Origin: a virus
IMG/VR virus record: IMGVR_UViG_3300027754_000067
Location: 1 to 64,000 of that record
DNA: 64,000 bases
Direction: 5' to 3' (one strand)
Shown here: positions 42,107 to 51,094 of the stretch, in pieces
Numbering within the stretch: the stretch's first letter is position 1
How the letters are laid out: the number at the start of each line of letters is the position of its first letter
Made by a program: the position numbers and the translations under genes
The notes under the pieces: model-generated
Seen by the model: only the letters and a program-made list of their open reading frames with translations
Database searches by the model: none
What the model was told of the DNA's origin: nothing

Positions 42107-43374
42107 ATGAAGATCAACCATCGCACTGGATCTGTCAAGCGTTTGGACCATCACGAGAACTATCGCTTTAACAAGTCTGGCTTGAAGGAGGAAGGTAACA
42201 CGGTTCGCCGCTGCATGGATCGTGCCGCAATCAAGAACAGCCTTGAAGGCAACGATGGCACGCTCTTTGCTCGCAGCAAGGAAGGAAACCCTTGGAACTT
42301 CGATTGATTTGCAAGTAGCATACCAAGTTTTGCCGTAAACATACCAATTTTAATCCTTTGACAATCCAACCAACAAAGGGTAAAGTAAGAACATGGAAAC
42401 GACGAACAAGGTTTGGACAGAGGCCGCAATCGTCTCTCTGCTCCAGAGCAACAATCGTGCCGTCGAAAGGGCAATCCTGGCAATCTTTGCTCGGCAAACG
42501 GAGGATGAGAAGTCAACGGAATGCACCCGGCACGAGAACTCTCGTGGATTCTCTGCGGCTGATGCCCGTACCGGCTCCTACATGGCACGCTGGATTAGCA
42601 GCGGAAAGCGTCTCGATGGAAAGTTTCTTGACAAGGCCCGAAAGATGGCCGTCAAGTACCGCAAGCAACTGGTAGAGGTTGCCAACGGCTAGCAAACAGC
42701 ATACCAGTGGGAGGGCGCATACTTTATCACGCCCATTGCCGTCAACAAAACTCTGCGGCAAACAAACAAATTTAATTACTTTACTTCATTCCCTAATCAT
42801 GCTAATGTCAGGACACATCAGACAACGGCAACCAACAAAAGCAAGCACAAGGGAATCAAAACAATCCCTTGACAATCCAACCAACAAAGGGTAAAGTAAG
42901 AACATGGAAACCAAGAGCAACACGGTTCACATCTTTCAGGCGGCTGGTCTCGGCGTCGGTCCCTTCAAGCTTCACCATGTATCCGGTGAGGGAGGAAAGT
43001 GCCAGTACTGTGCCACTCCGATTCTGTGGCGTTTCTATCTCAATGGCATTGACGGCTCTACTTTCTTCGTTGGATCGGATTGTGTCATGAAGACCGGCGA
43101 TGCGGGACTCATGAAGATTGTTGACGCAGAAGTCAAGCGCCGAATGGCAGAAGCCCGAAAGGTCCGTGAGGATGCCAAGCTGGCATCTGTCAAGGAAAGC
43201 ATGAAGGATGCCAACGTGCTTGCCAAGCTGGCAACCCTCCCACACCCGAATGGTTACTATGCCCGCAATGGCAAGACTCTTGCAGACTATGCCTCGTGGA
43301 TCGTGAAGTACGGTGGCAAGACTGCAATGCTCAACCTTGGCAAGAGTATTGCAAAGGCTACCGTCTCGGCCTAG
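42107..43374 (+). CDS. Three hypothetical proteins (42107-42307, 42393-42692, 42904-43374)
   Basis: Own promoters; 42904 has CxxC...VGSDC; the latter two are followed by pseudoknots. Confidence 0.75.
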
Positions 43375-43817
43375 TCAATCTGACAAACGGTGGGAAGGCG
43401 CATACCGGGAATCACGCCTTAGACGGCTCTAATAGCCCCTCCAGTGACCGCAAACCACAAGGGACCATAAAGGGTAGCAGAACAAAACAGAAGCCAACCA
43501 AAAGGCTCCCAAGAGATCGGGCAAACACCATGCCAAACTCTGCGGCAAACATACCAATTTTAATCCTTTGACAATCCAACCAACAAAGGGTAAAGTAAGA
43601 ACATGGAACACAACGAAAACATCGAGTGCTTCGCTTGTGCTGGATTCTCCTATTACATGGGATCGCTTGGCGATCTAGACTGGTACAGATGCCGCAACTG
43701 CGGCTTTGAACAATACCAGCAAACTACTCCCGATTCAGAAGAAGAAGATTCCGAGTAATCAATTGATTCTTTAATCATTAACTGATATATTGGTTCCATC
43801 TAACCAATGGAACCAAT

Positions 43818-44305
43818 ATGCTACCTAATACCTGTACCTGTAACCTCTCTTCATGCAATACCTGTACCAACCAAAACCTAAAAGAACTCTGGGAAGAACC
43901 AGAATTCTTGGCATGGAACCTGCATAGAGAATCACAATGGTTCAATGAACTTGAATCCATGTCGGAAGAACAATGGCAAACAATGTGCCAAACTTCACCG
44001 CAATCAATCCAAACTTAACCCTTGACTAATCCAGCAAAACATCATAAACTAAAAGGGAAACCATGAAGTACACACTCACTGACTCCCTCTCACCAGAACA
44101 AGTAATCGTTTGCAAGTTGGATGCCTACTTCATGGCATCCCATGCTTGCAACAACTATACCAGAAATCAGCATGAAGTAATGGTATTCCCTTGCAGCAAA
44201 GATGGCAAGGTAATTGCATGGGATGCCGTAGATCAATTCCGATACTCCAGCATCGAAGAGTTTATCGGCAATGAATGTGCCAACCAAGACGATTTCGACC
44301 ACTAA
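43818..44305 (+). CDS. Two small hypothetical proteins (43818-44018, 44063-44305)
   Basis: Co-oriented ORFs. Confidence 0.55.
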
Positions 44306-44442
44306 ACAATCCAAAACAATTACTAGACTCTCAACCCGCAATCGAGTATATTGAATCATCAGAGAGAAACAACGAGCAAAACAAAAGGGTAAACAAAAGT
44401 TTAATCCTTGACTCCTAAACCTCTGCATGGTAAGGTGAGAGC

Positions 44443-45447
44443 ATGAAGATCGGAATTGAGATCGAGTTCTTCGCACCGATCAGCAAGTATGAACTTGCTA
44501 CCAACCTCCGAAACCAAGGAATTGCCGTCGAGGCAACCGGCTACACCCATTCCGTGTCTTCTGACTGGAAGATCGTTGACGACGGTTCCGTCTTAGGTAT
44601 GCCCGCTCACCATGGCATGGAACTTGTTAGCCCGATCCTTAACAGCGACTCTGATGTCGATATGGCAACCCTGCGACGCATTTGTCGTGCCATCCAGAAG
44701 CTTGGTTGTCGGGTCTCTAAGGCTTGTGGGCTGCACATTCACGTTGACGCCACGGACCTGACGGCGGCACAAGTATTGCAGGTCTGGACCCGGTATCAGA
44801 CCATGGAAGGGGAGATCGACACCCTCATGACTAGCAATAGGCGTGCCAACCTTGGCTCCTACTGTCAGTCGCTGCGGAACCTCATGGTTCACGGTCAAAC
44901 CAAGGAAGCACTTGCACGGAGTGCCGATCGTTACTTCAAGGTCAACCTGCAATCCTTGAACCGTCATGGAACCATTGAGTTCCGCAAGCACTCTGGCACG
45001 ATCAATGCAGATACCATTATCAACTGGGCGTCCTTCTGTGTCGGGTTCGTTGAAGCGTCCCTTGTGAGTGCTGGCACGAGCGTTGCAAGCCGCACCGAAA
45101 CCACTACGGTGCATCCTACGGGCCTCAACACTGGTATGCTGGGGATCTATCGGGCGCTCTTGCAAGCCCCGCACCACAATATGACCGTGGCAGAGATCGC
45201 TCTGTCAACGGGTCTCGGAGAGAATAGCGTGCGGGCCTACATTAGCACAATGCATACCAGACACGGTGTGAATGTGCGGCACGCTTATCGGGGTTCATGC
45301 AATATTGTCTTGACACCCGTTACCACTACTCGCACCATTGCAGCAAGCGAGCCAACGGCTGACACCATCTGGCGTGGCATCGATCCTGCAACCGTCGCCT
45401 TCTACATGGAGCGTGCCCAAGAACTTGCTGGCTTCGCTAGCAGGTAG
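44443..45447 (+). CDS. Putative amidoligase (COOH-NH2 ligase type 2) with an inserted C-terminal HTH
   Basis: GIEIEF, WKIVDDGSV, ELVSPIL, CGLHIH, RY..VN and TIEFR.H.GT motifs; MTVAEIALSTGLGENSVRAYIS is HTH-like. Confidence 0.8.
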   Translation: MKIGIEIEFFAPISKYELATNLRNQGIAVEATGYTHSVSSDWKIVDDGSVLGMPAHHGMELVSPILNSDSDVDMATLRRICRAIQKLGCRVSKACGLHIHVDATDLTAAQVLQVWTRYQTMEGEIDTLMTSNRRANLGSYCQSLRNLMVHGQTKEALARSADRYFKVNLQSLNRHGTIEFRKHSGTINADTIINWASFCVGFVEASLVSAGTSVASRTETTTVHPTGLNTGMLGIYRALLQAPHHNMTVAEIALSTGLGENSVRAYISTMHTRHGVNVRHAYRGSCNIVLTPVTTTRTIAASEPTADTIWRGIDPATVAFYMERAQELAGFASR

Positions 45448-45459
45448 CATGCCAAAGGA

Positions 45460-46210
45460 AACGGGGGGGGACTGCAAACCCCCGGCATGCCTTTTGTTTA
45501 TTCAACCCCCATGCCAACCCTGTACCCCCATAGGGCATGCACAACCCATGCCATACCCCACCCTATAGGGGTACCCCTTACACCCCTCCCTGTTTCGAGG
45601 GGGGTACCCCAACCATGATACCCGGCACCTTCGGCACGAGATGGGCTAAACCCACACATCTCGCACCAAAATTTTTTCTGGGTATTTTTTCATTTTGAAC
45701 CTTTTTATTTACCTCACCACTGGCAATCATTTTTAGGATTTCCGTTTTTGCGACCATATTGTTTGCATCATCAAAATTTTTTCTGGGAATTTTTTCATTT
45801 TGAAACCTTTTTGGCACCCATAATACTGGCACCATTTTATTGATTTCGGACATCGGTGCCATTCGAACGATTGGTGCCAAAATTTTTTTGGGAAATTTTT
45901 TCATTTCAAACCAATGTTGCGTGCGTGGCCTCTGTTCCATGGGCACCATGTTTTTATGGGCACCGTTTTATGTGGCACCATGTCATGTGGCACCAGTTTC
46001 TGATGCCCTATTTTGACATCATTTATTATTTTGCTGTGTGTGTGGCACCGTATTTTTATGGGCACCAGTTTTATGTGGCACCATGTTTTCGGGCACGATG
46101 TTTTGTGATATTGTTGTTTTGTGATTATTTTAATGATGTTTTGTGATGTGGCATGATGATTAGGGATGATTTTAAAAAATCACTATGGGTCTTGGTGCCC
46201 TTCGGGCACA
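45460..46210. repeat. Repeat-rich non-coding junction (candidate replication origin or packaging/terminal site)
   Basis: G/C tracts and GGGGTACCCC palindromes; three 33-bp direct repeats at 45667, 45772, 45878; about 15 GGCAC(C)/GGTGCC motifs. Confidence 0.6.
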
Positions 46211-46515
46211 TTGCATGAACATTTTATGGATATTTTTATGAATATTTGATTGATATTCTGGATGGTGGATGAGAGATGGGTGGTGGAGGGCAGAGTATTT
46301 GGATGTTGTGATTGGTTGCTTTGTTGGGTTGCTTTGTCGGGTTGTTCTACCGGGTTGCTTTATCGGGATGCTTTGCGGGGCTCTGTGAGGCTTTGTGGTG
46401 GCTTGGAATATGAAGGATGGGCAATGTGGTGTTCTGGTTGTTTGCTTCCTTTCCTGGTATTTTTAAATTGACAGTGGAATATAACCAATAGAAGAGGGAG
46501 TATATATTTAGAAAT

Positions 46516-47028
46516 ATGATTAAATTGAGTGAGTTATATTTTCGGCATCAATCCAAATCCCTTTATGAATTATTGAGGCCCATTTCATATGATAGGGTAC
46601 AAGAGGAGTCAGAGAGATCTGATGAATATATGGAATCAAGGATTGAAACTGAGGATGCATATCGCAGATTATTAAAATCTGCTGGTATTATTCATGCTAA
46701 GGGTACTTCTTTTTTGTATGCAACAGTTGTTGGATTTCATGGGATGGAGTCTGCGAATGATTATCCTGGTTACACTTATTATTTCCATATAACACCAAAT
46801 CAATTATCTGAAACTATTTTTGAGGTTGTTGACAAAAACCATTCTTTGCCACCGATGGTTGGTCGTCATGGACTTGAAAGATGTTTAAAGCACTGGGTGA
46901 GATATCGGAAAGATATGTCGAGTTATCGGGAAGAGTTTGTTGAAGGGATAATATTTCCAAGGATAGAAGTTATAATCCCATATGTGGTTGCTGCCACCAA
47001 GTTGGTTCGCCAAGTTGAGGATAGGTAA
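46516..47028 (+). CDS. Hypothetical protein with MIKLSEL N-terminal tag
   Basis: 170 aa; TATTTA upstream. Confidence 0.75.
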   Translation: MIKLSELYFRHQSKSLYELLRPISYDRVQEESERSDEYMESRIETEDAYRRLLKSAGIIHAKGTSFLYATVVGFHGMESANDYPGYTYYFHITPNQLSETIFEVVDKNHSLPPMVGRHGLERCLKHWVRYRKDMSSYREEFVEGIIFPRIEVIIPYVVAATKLVRQVEDR

Positions 47029-47032
47029 ATCC

Positions 47033-47515
47033 TTACTTTAGGAAGAAATTTTGGAGTGTTGATTGGTTGATGTGTTTTATTACTTTATCGGAATAAATGG
47101 TCTGCGTGATTGGATCATTGATTAGAAATGCTTGTATTTTTGGGGAATTGATTTGTTGGATATCTTGTGTGGACATGAATGGTTGGGTTTGTTTCAGAGT
47201 CTTGGTGAATCCAGAGATTGGGAAAGCGGTTGGGGAGTGTTTGAGATAGTCGATTATTTTTTGATTTAAATCTTGTTGGGATAATTTATTGAGCTCTATT
47301 GATATTCTTTTTAGAGTTATTTCGTTTTCATTATTTTGTTTTATATTGAAGATGTAGCGTAGTATTCCAGCTGCTTCATTTTTTGCATCATCAGTGGTGA
47401 TATAGTTTATGGCTTGTCTTGCGGCTTTTATTTTTGGGTCTATAATATTCGGTAATAGTTTTGATTGGAGGATATTTTCTTTTATGATTGTTTTGAGATC
47501 ATTTAATGGGTTCAT
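47033..47515 (-). CDS. Hypothetical protein (LKTIIKE N-terminal motif)
   Basis: 160 aa; overlaps the upstream stop. Confidence 0.7.
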   Translation of the reverse strand: MNPLNDLKTIIKENILQSKLLPNIIDPKIKAARQAINYITTDDAKNEAAGILRYIFNIKQNNENEITLKRISIELNKLSQQDLNQKIIDYLKHSPTAFPISGFTKTLKQTQPFMSTQDIQQINSPKIQAFLINDPITQTIYSDKVIKHINQSTLQNFFLK

Positions 47516-48345
47516 GGTTTTTTGTACCTGTTATGAAACATTTCTTGTCCAGCTAGTTTTATTATTTTCTTTTGTTTATTGATTGGGATATCAAAGTCAT
47601 TATTGATTTGTTGGAGTAGTTCTAATCCAGATTGTATTAATGGGTTTGGGTCAAGAGGTCCATTATAGATGTATGCATTTGCTGTTCCTAGTTTTTTATC
47701 TAGTTCATTTTCATCTTCTAGCCATGGTGGTAACCTACAATCGTCACTGGGATCATCTGGTGTTTTTGCTCCTTGCGGTCTATGTTCAATTTTTCTATTG
47801 GGCCATGATCCAGAGATGTCGTAGAAGTTTTTTATTCTTTTGCGGAAATTATCTGGATCTGGTATTGGGGAGAAGTTATCTAGTTCTACTTTTTGCCAAT
47901 CCCCAGAGGTTTCTATTTTTGCCCAGAGTTTTTTGGCACTATCTGTTGTGGATACATTTCTGTCACTGGTGATTGGTTTACCTGAGATTTTTGAATAGAG
48001 GGCATACATTGCATATCCGGCTGCTGGATATTCTTGACTTGACACGATAGTTCCGGCGATGGTTGCATCTGCACAGTTTCCTATGGAGCTTCCTGCTATT
48101 TTTGGATTAAACGATCCAAAGGCTGCTAGCCATTCTTTGCTTGGAGGTGGTTCATTATTTTTGCTTATTAATTCCATTGCTGTTTCATAGGAGTATGAAT
48201 TTACTAGTGCATAGTAGTTTGCTTCTTGATCTACTGGAATTAGGGAAAATTTATTTTTTGTGAATCTGTGAGGGTTTTTGTGATTGTTTGCGGCCAGATT
48301 TTGATCTTGCGTTTGCTCAAATAATATTTTGGATAATGTTATCAT
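47512..48345 (-). CDS. GNAT-like family protein, paralogue 1
   Basis: AGYAMY...PITSDR..STT..AKK.W motif; MITLSKILFE tag. Confidence 0.7.
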   Translation of the reverse strand: MITLSKILFEQTQDQNLAANNHKNPHRFTKNKFSLIPVDQEANYYALVNSYSYETAMELISKNNEPPPSKEWLAAFGSFNPKIAGSSIGNCADATIAGTIVSSQEYPAAGYAMYALYSKISGKPITSDRNVSTTDSAKKLWAKIETSGDWQKVELDNFSPIPDPDNFRKRIKNFYDISGSWPNRKIEHRPQGAKTPDDPSDDCRLPPWLEDENELDKKLGTANAYIYNGPLDPNPLIQSGLELLQQINNDFDIPINKQKKIIKLAGQEMFHNRYKKP

Positions 48346-48438
48346 AGTTTTATTTTATTAATTATTGCCGCAGATATTGTTCACACGAATAAGTGTTTAA
48401 TGTTTATTTTGCTATTAATTATATATTTATGTAAATAT

Positions 48439-49134
48439 ATGAATATCTTACAACTAAAACGTATTATCAGGGAAGAGATTATCCTATTAAAAGAAGTGCG
48501 ATATAAAGCTTTTGAAAAGGTTATGCGGCAGGTTTATGATAATCTACCAAATCATATTTTTAATGATATGTATAGCCAAGAAAAACAATGGGCAAACATT
48601 GAAAATTCTGATATTGGAACTGATATACAGAAGCTTACTGCGGCTGTATTAAATAATCAGCCAAATGCTGTAGAGAACTTTAGAGAGTATGAACGTAAAC
48701 GTGGCTCTGAATGGATAGATACAGTTTGGAGTAAGCGGGCACAGAACGTTGAACTACATTGGAATGATCTATCTGATAGAAAACGTGATTTTTTTATACG
48801 GAAGTATACGGGGCAACTCAAATATTTCCCAGCAAGAACAGAAGATAAACATGGATATCTGGATAAAGTAGAACGTTTGTTGCCAAAGTTTATGGCGCAA
48901 TCAGAGCAATCAAGTGAGCCGGTTATATTGTTGCAATGGCACGGTGAACCCGGCTTTGATATATTAGGCGGAAACAATCGGACGTTTAATGCATTTCTTG
49001 CTACGGCTGTCAGAGAGCTAAAAAATATAGATGCTGCGAATATGTCATTAGATACATTTACTTCTATATTTGATTATTTGAATAAACAAAATCCTACAAT
49101 ACGAATTAACACATTTATTGGACGACAAAAATAA
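48439..49134 (+). CDS. Protein with a ParB/Srx-like C-terminal motif
   Basis: PVIL.....DILGGNNR; LKRIIREE N-terminal motif. Confidence 0.55.
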   Translation: MNILQLKRIIREEIILLKEVRYKAFEKVMRQVYDNLPNHIFNDMYSQEKQWANIENSDIGTDIQKLTAAVLNNQPNAVENFREYERKRGSEWIDTVWSKRAQNVELHWNDLSDRKRDFFIRKYTGQLKYFPARTEDKHGYLDKVERLLPKFMAQSEQSSEPVILLQWHGEPGFDILGGNNRTFNAFLATAVRELKNIDAANMSLDTFTSIFDYLNKQNPTIRINTFIGRQK

Positions 49135-49210
49135 GTTCACATACACCGCCCATTATGCCAATATAGTACAGTCTATGTGAAAACACATCACTTCGCAACT
49201 ATTTAGCTTC

Positions 49211-51064
49211 ATGAACCAACAACTTCTCAAAATAATAATCAAACAAACACTTTTAACCGAAGCTCCTATTGATGTTTGGTTAAATGGAAAAGCAAAAAGG
49301 GAGAAGAATCCAGTTTCGAGAGAAGAGGTTGAGGCAATTTTTAATGATTTTGAGACTTTCAAACCTTACTTTGTTTTGCCAGATGCGACTCAGTATACGT
49401 TATCAGAATTAAAATTTTCTGTTTCTGCCGCAAAGTTTTTGAAAGAAAATGGGATTAAAGCAGAGAAAGGTAAGCCAATCGTCAGTTGGTTTCTTGGACA
49501 AATTAGGAAAGTAAAAGATATTTCTTGGCAATACATCAAAGAAGACTATCTTCCTTTGTTAAAATCTTATGTGAAAAACATTTCATTAATGAAGCCAATT
49601 TCTGAATATTCAGAAATTTCTGAATTGCATAAAGACATTGATGCGAAACAAGTTGGTGTTTATAAACCGGCAACAGAATCGGAGAAAGATATTTTTTTCC
49701 GATCTAATGGCTGGAGTGTTGCGATGCCTCAAACCACTGAAGCCAGTTGTGATTTGGGTGCTGGCACAACTTGGTGCACGGCAAGAAAAGGCGAAGAGGA
49801 ACAAAATCTATTTCTTAGTTATGTTGGAAGGGGAGATCAGGATATTATTCTTTTTTACGTGATGAAAGACGGTGCTGACCCTAAAACAGATCGTTGGAGC
49901 AGGCTTTCTGTTGGTTTTATAAATGGTGAACCTGCTTTTGATCAAGGCGCTGGCAACATATCAGTTAATGCAGCAAATGATAACTTGACTGAAGATAAAT
50001 TCAATCAGCTGCTAGGTGAAAATGTTGCTGCTTTATTTTTGAAAAAAATGATGGAGAAAGCTGAAACAATTTCTGGTAAACATCCTGCCAAAAAGGAATT
50101 AGAAGAGATAGCTTTAAATGTTAATAAATTCAAACAAAAAATGGCTTCTTTTCGCAATGAATATTATCGTTTAGATTTCATAGACAACATATTAACCACG
50201 GATAATGTTTCGCCAGAAATATTTCATTTATTAGCCGATGATAAAAGTGAAGATGTAATACGTAGTGTTTCCAGGAATACAAAGACCCCACCGGAAGTTT
50301 TAAATAAAATATCTAACAGTACGCAGAATGTTTATATTATTAGAAACATATGTAGAAACCCAAATGCACCTGAAGAAGTATTGAAAAAATTTGCTTTAAA
50401 TGATGATAAAGATATCAGGTACAGCGCTTCATTAAATACCATGATTACTCCTGCTGTATTAGAAATACTGAGTAGAGATACTAGTATTAAAATTCGTATC
50501 AATGTGGCCAATAATATAAAAATAACTCCATCAATAATTGATACTCTTTCGAAAGATGAAGAACCTCTCGTTGTAGTTAACCTTGCTAAAAACACAAAAT
50601 TATCAGAAGAAAAACTAATTGAGTTAGCTAATCACAGGAATGAATTTGTTAAAGACGCTGTCGCCCATAATCCTAATTTACCACCGGAGGCTTTGAGAAT
50701 TCTTGCCGGGTCCGAAAAAATGGACATACGAGAACTGGTTGCGGGAAATGACAAGACCCCACCAGACGCATTGGCACTTCTAGCAAAAGATTATACTACC
50801 ATTAGCAAAAATAGCGGTTTTGTAAATAAAAAAATAGCCATGAATCCTCATACACCAACAGAAACATTGCTGCTTTTTGCTAAAGGCGCAGAAGCTGCGG
50901 TTAGAGGTGTTTTATTTTATAATGATAAATTAACAAAGGAAGTTTTGGAAGTCCTAGCGAATGATGAAGATTACTATATTTCAGATAGAGCGATCAAAGC
51001 ATTAGAAAAAATTAAGTCCCGACCGTTAACTGAATCAATAAAATTATATAAAATATTATATTGA
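49211..51064 (+). CDS. PcfJ-like domain plus LRV/HEAT-like repeats
   Basis: P.T.EASC.LG..T.WCTA motif; repeated VA.N.NTP.E.L..LA.D units. Confidence 0.7.
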   Translation: MNQQLLKIIIKQTLLTEAPIDVWLNGKAKREKNPVSREEVEAIFNDFETFKPYFVLPDATQYTLSELKFSVSAAKFLKENGIKAEKGKPIVSWFLGQIRKVKDISWQYIKEDYLPLLKSYVKNISLMKPISEYSEISELHKDIDAKQVGVYKPATESEKDIFFRSNGWSVAMPQTTEASCDLGAGTTWCTARKGEEEQNLFLSYVGRGDQDIILFYVMKDGADPKTDRWSRLSVGFINGEPAFDQGAGNISVNAANDNLTEDKFNQLLGENVAALFLKKMMEKAETISGKHPAKKELEEIALNVNKFKQKMASFRNEYYRLDFIDNILTTDNVSPEIFHLLADDKSEDVIRSVSRNTKTPPEVLNKISNSTQNVYIIRNICRNPNAPEEVLKKFALNDDKDIRYSASLNTMITPAVLEILSRDTSIKIRINVANNIKITPSIIDTLSKDEEPLVVVNLAKNTKLSEEKLIELANHRNEFVKDAVAHNPNLPPEALRILAGSEKMDIRELVAGNDKTPPDALALLAKDYTTISKNSGFVNKKIAMNPHTPTETLLLFAKGAEAAVRGVLFYNDKLTKEVLEVLANDEDYYISDRAIKALEKIKSRPLTESIKLYKILY

Positions 51065-51094
51065 TATTCCTGGTATAATTTCTATTTAATCATC

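Larger units (their letters stand above)
4678..43420 (+). ncRNA. Dispersed family of 13 small H-type pseudoknot motifs (P1-GGG-NNGCG-CAU-P1'-linker-CGCNN) in 3' UTRs
   Basis: Copies at 4678, 13069, 23621, 25409, 27218, 34765, 35257, 35698, 37998, 40736, 41667, 42706, 43388; compensatory changes in both stems. Confidence 0.8.
6547..43552 (+). promoter_or_regulatory. About 27 copies of the dyad TTTGC(G/C)GCAAAC upstream of promoters (candidate activator/operator site)
   Basis: Centre is 59 nt before the ATG at 24290, 27358, 31413, 37713, 43544, and 61-63 nt before at 9788 and 11599; followed by an A/T-rich UP-like tract. Confidence 0.7.
274..44442 (+). promoter_or_regulatory. Array of more than 40 sigma70-type early promoters with the -10 box 6 nt before ATG (leaderless architecture)
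   Basis: Examples: TTGACA(274)-N17-TATAAC-6nt-ATG309; TTGACA(966)-N17-TATAGT-6nt-ATG1001; TTGACT(2794)-N17-TATAGT-6nt-ATG2829; TTGACA(16161)-N17-TAAGGT-6nt-ATG16196. The -35 box starts 35 nt before the ATG. Confidence 0.9.

Noticed and set aside
6547-43552. c-di-GMP-I riboswitch suggested by GGCAAAC
   Set aside because: No following GNRA stem or second hairpin; the motif lies upstream of the -35 box
5460-44442. CRISPR array
   Set aside because: The repeats are either 15-bp coding units or promoters separated by whole genes; there is no constant repeat-spacer period and no cas gene
274-44442. Integron with attC sites
   Set aside because: No GTTRRRY/RYYYAAC-bounded attC palindromes or integrase seen; cassettes carry their own promoters
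45578-46471. ORFs in the repeat junction
   Set aside because: Translations merely reflect DNA repeats and low-complexity G/T skew; no start signals
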